Assembly (NCBI RefSeq): GCF_018350175.1
Contig: NC_058368.1
Span: forward strand, 5,704,001-5,768,000
Length of the DNA: 64,000 nt
Reading direction: 5' to 3'
Source of the DNA: Felis catus
Taxonomy: Eukaryota
This document shows positions 51,528 through 62,614 of the stretch, in pieces; the stretch's first letter is position 1; every line of letters starts with the position of its first letter. A model generated the notes under the pieces. The model saw nothing but the letters and a program-made list of their open reading frames with translations, was not told the origin of the DNA and ran no database searches. The position numbers and the translations under genes are program-made.

Positions 51528-53015
51528 TTTTTTTGAAGTCATTCTCACAACCAGGACAGGACTTGGTGCAGGAGTGCAAATGAGGTACCACGTCTGAGTA
51601 TGTGAAAGTCGTAAGTCAAGCTAACAAATAGCCATATACCTTGATTAATACACCTTCATAAAGACTGTGGTGTTTTGTGATTCCCAGATTCTCTGGCGTT
51701 TTGGAGCCAGAAAGTCATGGCATGGGAAAGAGTTTGCTGCCCTGTGCCCTCCCCCCACCCTCCCAACCCCAGCTCAAGGGGTCCCGCACTTAAGGGGGTT
51801 TACTTACACGCATGAGTTTGGGCATCACTATCCATACACATCCGATGCAAAAACCCACCCATTGGCCACCCGCAGACCTAGGAGTGCGAATGCTGGCTCT
51901 GAGGTCTGCTTTTAGGAGGATAGTTTGGCCTTGGATGCCAGCTTGGAGAGGTGTCCCTCAACAGGAACTTCTGGGGTCCCAAACCCCTGGGGTGGAGGAC
52001 AGGCATGGACTCTGGGTGGACATGTCCCGCTGGCCCTATGGACCCTTTGCCACGTGGGAGGAAGGGCTGCAGGACGGAGTGGGTCCCTCTAAAACAAGGG
52101 GTCAAGCGGTCAAGCAGAGGAGCTCCATTTTCTAAAGCTGAGCAGGTGGGTGGACATTCGCTGTACTAGTAGTCCCTATGTGTTTGGAGTGTCTTGTTAT
52201 AAAGAGAGCGAGAAGAATGCACCATTTCACAAGGGAAAGAGGGACATCTGTCGAGCCCGAAGGCAGGGGCAGGAACACTGCCAGCAGAGCATCCTGTGAC
52301 CTTTGTATTTGCTACAGCTGAGTCTGTTTCCTCACCTGCCCAGGGAGAGACCCGGATGTGTGACTTCCCACTTGCATGGTCCTGTGAAGTTCTCATTCGC
52401 CCCATCACTAGGCAGCACCTTCCACGGAGGAATCCTGGCCAGTGCTGGGTCACACAGGGAGGACGGCCTTTCATTTCCTCCCCCACGTCCTAAAAGCAGC
52501 CAGCACAGGGAGCCCCGGGCACACTCACAGGCTCCTCCTCGTGCATCTGCTCCTCTCTGCCTTGTCCGGGCTGTTGCTCAGCAGAGCCCAGTGAGATTAA
52601 TTTGGCCCGTGGAAGAAAAGGCCATGAGAGAATGGAAAGCCGGTGCCAAGGGATAGAAAAGGTGTTTTTCCTCATCAGCCATCATGCATTTTGCCAAGCT
52701 TAGCTAGCCGAGGCTCACCTCCAATTGGTGATGAACAAACATTGTCCTTTCAACTGACGTAATCAGAAAACGTTCTCTTCTGGAAACTCAAATGCAAAAG
52801 GAACTTCAGCTCAGATAACTACTGAGAATACCTTGGGCCCCACTCCTCCTTCAAGGCCCTTGAGTTGCTGTGAGGTCGACTCCTGTCAGGAGACCATGGT
52901 CTTCAGGCTCGAGGCTCATAGACATGGGATGAGGGGGATGTACTCGGACGGCCCGTGGCCGCAGCTCCTCAAAAAACTTCTGTGCCCTCACATTCCCACA
53001 AACGGCAGATCGGGG

Positions 53016-53396
53016 CGTATTTGTTTGCTAGGGTTGCCGTCACAAAGTACCACAGACTGGGTGACTTAGCAGAAATTTGTTTTCTCGCTTCTGGAGGCCA
53101 GAAGTCCAAGATCAAGGTGTTGGCAGTGTTGGCTCCTTCTGAGGTCTCTCCCGCTGGCTGGTAGATAGATGGCTGTCTTCCTTGTCTTCAGACGGTCTTC
53201 CTTCTGTGTGTCTGGGTCCTAATCTCCTCTCCTTAAGAGGACACCAGTCGTGTTGGATTAAGCCCACCCTAGCGACCTCATTTAACTTAATCGCCTCTTT
53301 AGAGACCCTGTCTCCAAATACAGTCCCATCCCGAGATTACTGGGGGTTAGGATTGCAACGTAAGAATTTGGGGGGATCGCAGTTCAGCCCATATCA
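53016..53396 (-). mobile_element. MaLR solo LTR (MLT1A/B-like)
   Basis: GTATTTGTTTGCTAGGGTTGCC...ACAAAGTACCACAGACTGGGTG...GAAGTCCAAGATCAAGGTGTTGGCAG...TTCAGCCCATATCA. Confidence 0.9.
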
Positions 53397-54149
53397 GAGG
53401 GCATTGGCAAACTCCCACACACCAGGAACCTCCTGGGGCAAGCAAAGTGACCTCGTAATGGTGAGAAATCAAAGCCCTTTGGCCTACCTGGGCAACTTTG
53501 AAGCACCCCCTTCTGCTTTATCAGAATAAACAAAAGCTACCCCAGAGGACCGCTCCGTATTTCCTTACAGCGGTGGCAACCTTGGAGGGAACCCTTTCAG
53601 GAAAGGCGAGAAGAGCTCCTAATCCTCATGTGTTCCAAGAAAATTCACCTTGACTTTCAAAATAATAATCAGGTTGTGCAGAAAGAAATCAGTCTCTTGC
53701 GGGGGCCCCAAGGCACCTCCGGGAGGCTCTCGTCCTGGTATATTTTACTGGCTCAGGGAGAGGCGGCTGCAGGTGGGACTAAGGCTTTTAAGGCATTTAC
53801 CATAGAAACAGATCACTGCTTGCAGAAGTGTTCTGGAAAGCCAAGGGTGTGCCTGGTATGAAAGGGCACTTGCGGTGCACTTCAATTAAGAGGCAGGCCG
53901 CGTTCAGAGGCGTTACGTACAGGACAGACTGGAAACAGAGCGCCTTTCAGAAGAGGGAGCAGTGCACTCAGGGTGTCGAGATAGCATCTACTGTAAATAA
54001 TAGAGCTGCTGGCCAAACTGGACATTTTTCTTGACATGAGGAAGCCTTTTCCCCCGGTCTCTTTTATTTTGAAACCTAAAGTCACTGGGTGAGGCATTTT
54101 GAGAGGCATCCACATGAACCGGGACTGACCGAGTTTGATCCACCTGCAG

Positions 54150-54241
54150 GATGAATGAACGTGACCGCCTACTGAGGAGGCTCAGCAGGAAGACGCCCCC
54201 CACACTCTTCCGAGGAGGCTCCCTCCAGCAGTGTGTCCCCC
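54150..54241 (+). CDS. ATP8A2: ATP8A2 penultimate coding exon (92 nt): [30 protein letters not shown](H)
   Basis: Acceptor cacctgcAG; donor C|GTAAGT at 54242. AG+G = Arg continues the frame from 16605. The peptide matches ATP8A2. Confidence 0.96.
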
Positions 54242-55414
54242 GTAAGTAGCCCTCACCCCCTTCCGGTCAGCCAGACCCCAGTGACGCAAGGAAGGCGGAG
54301 GCTTCATTAAAGCATGCTGGTGCTAAGAGGGACGGAGACGCTTGCCAAGCCGGAGCCCCACATTTGGACGTGGAATTTGTGCATTTGGCTCCGGGCGAGT
54401 AAGCTGGAGTCTAGGTAGTGCCCTGGGACCCAATCAAATGCCTGAATGACAGAACCCTGAAACTTAAAATCCTGATGTGCTCGAGATCCTTCTGTCAGCC
54501 TCCCAGTAGGATTTTGTTCTAAGGCTCAAGTGATATGATTTTTGAATCATTTCCCCCAAAGATAGCAATGTGCACTCTTTTATTTCATATTAGCATGTTA
54601 ATTAAAACAATGACGATCACCGGGGGGAAAAAAAATCTCTGTTCTCTTCCCAGGAAGGCTGCCTCTGCCTCTAGCGCTGGTGTCCCCACTCAACACCAGA
54701 GGCCAGGCCTGATTTCTGCTGAGGCACCTGACCCAGGCAGGGGTCAGTGGGGGTGTGCCAGACCCCAGAGGAAGGGTGGGAGGCCACGAAAGAGACACGG
54801 GTGGCACAGCTCACGAGGTTGTAGGCCTATTTCAACAATCCAGCCACTTGGCTCGCCGCTGAGAGGTGTTATTAGCACAGGTTTCCTTGGGCCGGAGGGG
54901 ACGTCACCTGCCTTCCCCAAGGCGAAGCCTGTTGGCACCTGTCGTCTGTCACCTGCTTCTGCCCCTCTGAACCCCGCCTCTTCTCCCAGCACCCCCTCTC
55001 TCGCACATCACTTACCATCTCTTCAGCTGACACGTCTCTTGCTTCCATTCTCTCCCCGAGTTGTTCAGGAGGGAACAGGAATGGTTTAGGAGAAGTGGAG
55101 AATTGTTGTGTCCGTAGTAACAGGTATTGAGGGTCTGTTTCAGGCTCCCCTGAGCTGCACCCATCAACAGATCTTCACAGACTTTCCAACAGAGAGAAGG
55201 ACAGGGATGGACTCCCCTCCTCACTTTCCCACATGGAACACCAAGTTCCCTGTGGTGCCTCACGTGCCGCCCGTCCTGCCCCAGGAAGCAGGCAGTGTCC
55301 GCCCCGAGAGCACTCGGCAGAGGCTCAGGCCGCTACAGTAACTGGCGAGCAAGGCCCAGCGATCTGGGTCACAGCCATTGTCTCTCTGATCCAGGAGAGA
55401 GGTTGAGTCAGGAG

Positions 55415-55830
55415 GCTTGATGGCGTGGTCCAGAGAGCGAGGTCTGCAGGGTCCCGCTTCTGGAGCTGGACTGCCTGGGGGTCCTGTCCCAGCAATGTCA
55501 CTTTTTTTGTGTGACCTTACATCTCTGTGTCTACATCTGTAAAATGGAGATGATGTAAGAACTGGGTTCGGGGGAAGAATTAAATGAGATGGTTTATACC
55601 AAGTGCCTAGAACAGTGCCTGACACTACGGAGTCCAATAGAGGTGAGGTATTACTGGTTTTTTCTGCCACTAGGTGAGTAACTTTGGGCAAGTTACATAT
55701 TTCTCTAAACTTCTGTTTCCTCCACTGGGGGAACAAAAGAATTATAATAATATACGTCTTACACACCCTCTGTGAGGCTTCAGGATGATGTGTGTAAAGC
55801 AGCTCTCTGTAGCAGGCACAGAGAAAATGG
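55415..55830 (+). mobile_element. Two tandem MIR fragments
   Basis: CATCTGTAAAATGG...ATTAAATGAGAT...AGTGCCTAGAACAGTGCCTGACA, then a second TTGGGCAAGTTAC...CTGTTTCCTC core. Confidence 0.75.
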
Positions 55831-57744
55831 GTACGGATTCTGTAAATGATGATGTCTGGGCCCCACTGCTTCTCTAATAAATGTTTCAGAATAACCCGAG
55901 AAAGACTCTATGTGATGCCTATATTGAGATCAAAGATCAAGTAAGAACTTTTGCAGAAGAGTCATAAAATATCCTACAACTGCTGAACGTTTTTCTTAAC
56001 TCTCGGCATTTTGAAGGACAAAAGAAAATTCTAAGGAACAAGTACAAGGAATTAAAAAAAAGACCTCTAAAGTCACGGCACGTTTTAAAAACACCCAGCA
56101 ACTAATAGCAAGAAACCGATCGGTAACAGAACATTCTGTCAGTAACAGCTAGAGAAGGCCATCGAGCTGTGAGAAGTGGTCCTGGCCTGCGAGAAGGTCT
56201 GCGTTCTCCTCTTGGCCTCTGCTCGCCCGCCCTGGGTCTGTCCGTCAGCTGTCTTGGCCCTGTCTTCCCAGGAAACTGGAAGGAAAACTCTCATCTTGGC
56301 GGGATTTTTAGTTCCTTACAGGCCACCGACACGCGGTATTGATAACTGAGATCAGCGTTTTCCTACAGTCTAATTTCCTTGTCATCCGCAAATGGGCTAC
56401 CCCCATTTCTGTCGCTTTCAGGGAATTTCTACTTTCATGAAGATGTTTTATCAGAGCTACTTAAGGGGAGTTTTATTCCAAAATAATTTTTAAAAAATGA
56501 CATGATTTTATGGGTTTCACCAAATGTTCTACCAGAACACAAAACAACTAAGATGCTCCCCTACCCTTCCAACTCCTCTCACCTACCCCGTTCTGCCCCC
56601 AGACTCTGGCTGTGGCTGAGCATTTAAGGAGCAGATGCCTTGGGAAGCCAGCCAGGGGAAGTTTATGAGTGGGGTCCATCCAGAGCTTTCCCCACGGCCC
56701 CATCATTACTTTCTGGCGCTCGGGACTTCCTGACAGATGGAGCAAATCGGGAGAGGCTAAGGGTTGGAGGCTTCCTCTGAGCTCCCCATTTGGATGCAAA
56801 TGGCGGCTACTTGTTCATCGGACAGAAGCTGGTGACCTGATGGGGCATCTTTATTGGGCTGAGGGGTGCGGGCTGGGCGGGCAGAGGCTCGTTGGGTGGT
56901 GATAGTCCCTGTGGCCCCACTAAACACTTTTCCCCTCACGGCCCTCGCTCCCGCCAGGCCTGGTTTCTGAGAAGACCATATTGTTGTCTGTAGGAGGGGG
57001 ACACCCCTGCCCCAGGGTAGCCTTCCCAGGCCACCCTCCATTCCTTCTTGAGTTACACGGCTCACTTCATGTCTCTGTTGAGGCCAAGAAAGTCTAGTGA
57101 AGAAGGTCTTAGTGCGTCACGTTCTAGAAACATGGTAGATGCAACCCATGGGAACTGCGGGACAAGCCCTCGGGGAGTGGCCTCTGGGCGCTCAGCCGAC
57201 CCTGGGAGAAGAGATTTGCTACTGGACCAGAAGGTCCTCTCGGATGGACACCTGGAAGCCCTTCCCAGTCTGGAGTGGAGGGGGAATCCTGCCGGAAGGC
57301 CTTGTGCCAGTGAGACAAATACAAGCCAAGGATGCCTTACAGCTCCAAGCTACGTCTGTGTCCCAGTAGGCATGGGCAGGATATGAATGAAAAACAGAAT
57401 AAGTAAGACAAGGCTTTTGCTCTTTGCACTTGAGCAAGGAGCAGACAATTCCACATGCTAAGATAACTTTCCCAAAAGGACACTTCCAAACAACGTTTCC
57501 GTGTCTCAAAAAGTCCCCTTCATTTCTTCCTCTCCACCAGGCACCTCCCCCCTCCAAAAAGCACATCAAAAAAGACGGGTAGCAGTTGTTCTACTCAGAT
57601 GGATTGTTGAGACTGCCTCCGTTCTTTTCTGGAATGGAGGTAGAGGCTTCCTCCAGTGGTGCTGAGTGTGAATCGGCCCTGAACGAAGACGAGCGTTCTG
57701 TGGCCTGGCTGTAGTTCGCCATGGACACGCCTGGCACCCATGTG

Positions 57745-57900
57745 GAGGGTTAGAGCTCTGAGGACACTTGGACCTCATCTGGTCCAGGCCCTTTATTTTA
57801 CAGAACAGTCAACTAAGAAGACCCAGAGAGCTTAACCCATGGTCCTGTGGCCACGTTACTGCTACGCAAGGACTAGAACCATCCTCTGCCTCAGGCCCTG
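57745..57900 (-). mobile_element. MIR/MIR3 fragment
   Basis: TCATCTGGTCCAGGCCCTTTATTTTACAGA...GGACTAGAACC. Confidence 0.6.
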
Positions 57901-59374
57901 GGCCTCAGGATCCAAGATGGAAGCAGTGCAGGTGAGAAAGCCGCCATCGGGGTGGACAGCTCACTGGCCACCTGCCTGCCACCAGACGGGCTCGGGAAGA
58001 GCACTGACAGGGCGCTCCCATTGCTTGGGATCAGAGCCACTTCTGCCGGGTTGACGAGCATCCGCCTGGGGTGTCACGGCAGGCCACCGACAAGGGCTGC
58101 GTGGCCCCCTCAGGAAAACATGGGATGTTGACTAGAAACGTTCCTGTTAAAAGACCGGAGAGTGAAAAGTATCCAAGTTGACCACAGAACACACAGCCTT
58201 GTGACCGGAGGAGACGGTGTTATTGGCTAGATTTTGCTTTGAAACATCCCACGGCAAGGTGTCTGGTCTCAGACTGCAGTCAAAGAGCCGCACAAAGAGC
58301 ACCTTGTGCTGGAGGGGCCTCAGCACCTGGGAGGGAGAGAGGGAGCCGCCCCTCGGAAGCTGGGCAAGGGACGTCTCCTCTCCCCTGGCCCTCACCAGTC
58401 AAGCAACTCACTCGGAGGAAACCTAAGTCAGAAGAATGGAGGAGAGAGGAGGCATTTCCTCTTCAGGTCCCGTGAAGCCGCTGAAGCCTCCTTGTGTGGA
58501 AAGCCAGCATGAGAAAGTTCAAGTGCCCTGCACCCAGCACCCCCAGGGCCTCCCTCCCCAGGCCCGCTCCTGCATTCCAGCCCAGGGACCCCGCCTGCTC
58601 TTGGACCCCGCAAGATGGGGCTCACGCCAGCCGCCACATGGTGTGATGTTTTGGTTTGCGGATTTGGTTTTGTTAGAGATGGAGGTGAGCCAGTGGAAGA
58701 AAGCCCCCCCCCCCCCTCCCGTGGAAGATTCCTTTCGGTTCTTATCCTTCCCTAGTTCTCCCTGCACTCCCACCCGCCCCTGCTGTCCAGCCCATGTCCT
58801 TAGCTGCCTCCCGGGCCACCTGTGCAGAAGAGCCCTGGCCTCCCAGGGTGTCCTTTCTGAGCCCTGGGGTTTACTCAGGTGGTGGCCGGGAGAGCCGGGA
58901 AGCCAGCCCAGGCTCAGAAAGTCTGCTTTATGAGAGTCTGGTTTACGCAGAGCACAAAGTCACCCTGCGCACCATCCCCACGAAGACGGCTATGCGTTGC
59001 TCTTACCTGTCCTTATGGTTCAGAAACTCTCCTTTGTAAGCCAAGTGTCTTAGTAAAATAGTCACCCCCGCGAGGTGATACACGGCCACAACTTCTGATT
59101 TCTTTTTCTCCCTTGGAGAACGTGGCCGTGAACTAACATGTCCGTTGATAAGTCATCCGCACACGTGGATGGGAGTGACCGTTGTCAGACGTTTTACCGT
59201 GTTGTCTTTTAGTCAGAATGTCCAATCCAGCTGTGGGACTTCGCCATACCCTTGACCCAGAGCAGTTAGCCAACAGAGACAGAGTCTTGTAGATGCTCCT
59301 TCTGTGGGAAGGACCCTTTAGGAAGGAGGGACCTACTCTGGGCTTTCGAAGGCTAAACCTCTCTTGGAACCAGA

Positions 59375-59618
59375 GGTGCAGGAGAGTGTGGGTCCTGCAG
59401 AAGTCCTGCCTGGGTTTGGCTCCCAGCCCTGCCGCTCACTAGGTCTGTGAAATCACCCTGCTCCTCCGTTTCCCCATCTGTGAAATGGGAAGAATCCTAT
59501 CACCTAACTCATAGAGCTTTGGGGGAGGAATAAATGAGCTATTCGTGCATAATACATAGAACAGGCCTGACGCACAAAGCATTTAATAATTGTTGGAAGC
59601 TGGTGTTATTATTATTAT
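59375..59618 (+). mobile_element. MIR
   Basis: CCGTTTCCCCATCTGTGAAATGGGAAGAAT...CCTAACTCATAG...AATAAATGAG. Confidence 0.75.
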
Positions 59619-60231
59619 CGGAACTGATTGTAAGACCCAGTCTTCCTGGGGGCTATGGAATTTATCTTGTGATCTTTTTCTTTACACAAAAATGAACACA
59701 CTAATTTCTTATTACCAGTCCGCATCAGTCCCCTTGAAAAGCGGGAATGCCGCGAGCGTCACACGCACATCGCCAGTCTTCGCTCCCGGCGTTGCTGGGT
59801 GCTCCCCGGCCAGCCTGCCAGCTTCAGGCAGATTGGGACACTTCTGGAGCAGGGCAAGTGGCCTTGCCTCCCGGCTGGCGCTGGGACCGTGCAGACATGG
59901 ACCAGTGACCTGCCGTTTGTGCTTCCCCGGCTGAGCTCCGCCGCGGCGAGGCCGGCCCCCGAGCCTTTCCCATCCCGGCGGCGGTGGCGGCCAGAACCAG
60001 TCAGGCCCTGCTGGGTCAGGCCTCATCCCACCCCGCCCCACACTCTGCCCACGTTTCCCTCCCGGGCCACGGGTCTGTCCGTCCCAGGCTCCCACCTACC
60101 CAGGGCCGGTGAGCCCAGTGTGGCGAAACTGAGCTCCCGTGTCCCAAAAGAGCATTTTCTTCTAAACCCTGGGTGGTCCCCCCTCCCCCAGTTCTCCTGT
60201 CAACCAGTCCCCGTGTGTGTTCCTCCTGCAG

Positions 60232-60329
60232 ATGGGTACGCCTTCTCTCAAGAGGAGCATGGAGCTGTCACTCAGGAAGAAATCGTCCGTGCTTACGACA
60301 CCACCAAGAAGAAATGCAGGAAGAAATAA
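60232..60329 (+). CDS. ATP8A2: ATP8A2 terminal exon, coding part: (H)[35 protein letters not shown]
   Basis: Acceptor tgtgttcctcctgcAG; C+AT = His. Contains the conserved P4-ATPase GYAFS regulatory motif (60234-60248); TAA at 60327-60329. Confidence 0.97.
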
Positions 60330-62572
60330 GACGTGAGTTGTCCTGATGGGTCCCAGGAAAGAGACGTGGTTTGTCGCGCCCGGTGTGAACCCATCTCTGC
60401 CCGAAGAGACTGGTGTCGGCAGCCAGAACACCATAAAACACATTTCCGTGGCCTTAGCCAACTGGTTTGTTAGTCACACAGTCCCTCGCAAACCTGCAGT
60501 AGATCCCGCGGGGGAGGCCGTCTCTTCCCCGTCCCGTGTGTCCGCAGCGCTTGGCCTCACTTCCGTTCCCGTTGTTGCGAAGCATTCAGCCGTGCTCTGT
60601 GAGCCGTGAAATTGAAAGCGTTACGTTTCATTTAAACATCAGTGCTAGCGGTCCTGGGAGAAAGGCGAGAGAGTGCCATGCCCGGCTCGTGGAATGGGAG
60701 CGGGGGCGCGCTCGCTTCCGGTCGTGTTAACTCACGGAAACTGCATGGGGGCAGGCCGGCGTCTGGCTTTGATTCCTCTTTGGTTCGTATGACGTCGGCG
60801 TAAACTTCTCCACTGCGGTGAAATCGCAAAAAACGTCCATCAGGCTGGTAAGCCTGAGGACGCTTATCGTAATGCGCTCCACGGGCCCGGCAGGGCGGCC
60901 GGGTCGGCGTTCCGGGATTCTCCTGCACCCTTCGCAGGTGCCCCCTGTGGCCCGGCGGGCTTCCCTGTCGCCGACCTTCTGCATGGCTGGCCGCGGTGCT
61001 CGGTGCATGGCCGCTGGTGGGCAACCAACCGAAATCTGCACTGTTTCTTGCTCTAGCACAGATTCAGGCTACCGATGCGAGAAATCCCCTCTTCCACACC
61101 GCCCTTTCCCTCCCGTAACTCAAGAAAAGAAAACATACCCCGCATGTATCCTGAGCGTCTGTCTGCCTCCTTCCGAGGACAGGGAAGCCTGCGGGGTCGG
61201 GGGTGGCAGAACGCCTCCGCCAGCCTGCTCTGGTGAGGCTCTCGGCGCTCACTCCCCAACCTCCAGGCCACTGGACCTTTGGCACCCATTTAAGCCAGAC
61301 CTACACTTGTTCTCTTGGGAGTTGGGAGCACATTTTGCGTTTTCGCTGCTGGGAAACCACTGAATTTCTAGCGTGTCTCCCCGGAGAAGAGAAGCCCCTG
61401 TCACTCTGCCACTCTGAAATCGGAGAGAATGAGGGAATCCAGTGGGAGAGTAAGGGGCCCTGAGGCTGGTGGAGGAAGAAAGCCATCAAAGGAGAAAGCA
61501 AGAGGCAAGGACACAGAGACGCGGGGACGAGGACGCGGGGGGACATTTTAGCCCAGTCTCAGTGGAAACCGGAATCAAGCCCGGAAGCCCAGGCGGCCGT
61601 GATGATCTGCCTCATGCAGACAGGAGGCTAAACAAGACCTTGACAGGCAGTTTTCGTTGAAAAGAATTCTACAGGTTTCAAGGAAACGCCCTTTTCTAAA
61701 GGGATGAGGTTTCCTTCCTTATCGAGTCGGTGTGATATATACGGGCACCTCCCGGAGAGTAAGGTGTCCTGAATCTAAGGCAAGGAAGAGAAGCGCTGAG
61801 TCACTGACTTTGCAAACTGCACAATGCCACCTTCTAAATTTGGACGGAACTTGTGAGCCCTCAGGCATGAATGTCAGCACCTGGAGCCCTTAATAAATGG
61901 CCAGCCTGGAGGCACGTTCCTCTCCTCTCCGCTTTGGTTGCCAAACCAGATTTTTGGATGGCTTCACGTAAATACTTCTGGGCAGCTGTTACTGCTTAAA
62001 ATGGCACAGTGCTTCTGGGGATGGCTGTGCTAAATGGGGAAATAAAACAATAGTGCACTTTGCTTCCTTATCCTTTATTTTTGGAACATCCACATCTTAT
62101 TGGGCATTGTAATAACTGAGAGTATGATTTGCTTTGACTAAGAAAACTAATCCTTTGCTCATGGCATGACCAGGATTCAGAGAGGGCTTACGGGGAAGCG
62201 GAATGCCGTGAGGCTTAGAAAATGGCCCTTCCTTCTTCCCCAGGATGGTAAACCATTTTTAAATAGTAGAACACCCGGTGACATGAATCACCGGAGGACT
62301 GTCATGCAGGAATTGCGCCCCCCAGCCCACAAAATGTGCCTGTAGTTAACACAACAGACCAAGGTAAATGTCTTTATTGGACACCCAGAGAGATGATGTC
62401 CTAAATACATAGGAGGAATGAAAATTTGAATTGAATGTGCGTTAGGCATCCTGACTGTTTGGTTTCATTTGGAACTAAGCCTGTCTGGAAAGGGGAACTC
62501 AGACTCACTCTTTGTCAAATACTTAGTTCTTTCTTTCACTTGAAGCCTTCCAAATTAGATTTGTGAATTACG

Positions 62573-62614
<42 letters not shown>

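Noticed and set aside
54535..55089. 184-aa plus-strand intronic ORF
   Set aside because: Pro/Ser/Arg-rich composition typical of GC-rich non-coding DNA; not needed for the ATP8A2 frame.
59799..60231. Upstream part of the 176-aa ORF ending in the ATP8A2 stop
   Set aside because: Intronic open frame; the true exon starts at the AG acceptor at 60231/60232.
60818..61363. 181-aa ORF in the 3' UTR
   Set aside because: Non-ATG start in CpG-rich, stop-poor sequence; no recognisable homology.
62275..62294. 7-bp hairpin CCGGTGA-CATGAA-TCACCGG as an iron-responsive element
   Set aside because: The loop is not CAGWGH and there is no C bulge; likely chance.
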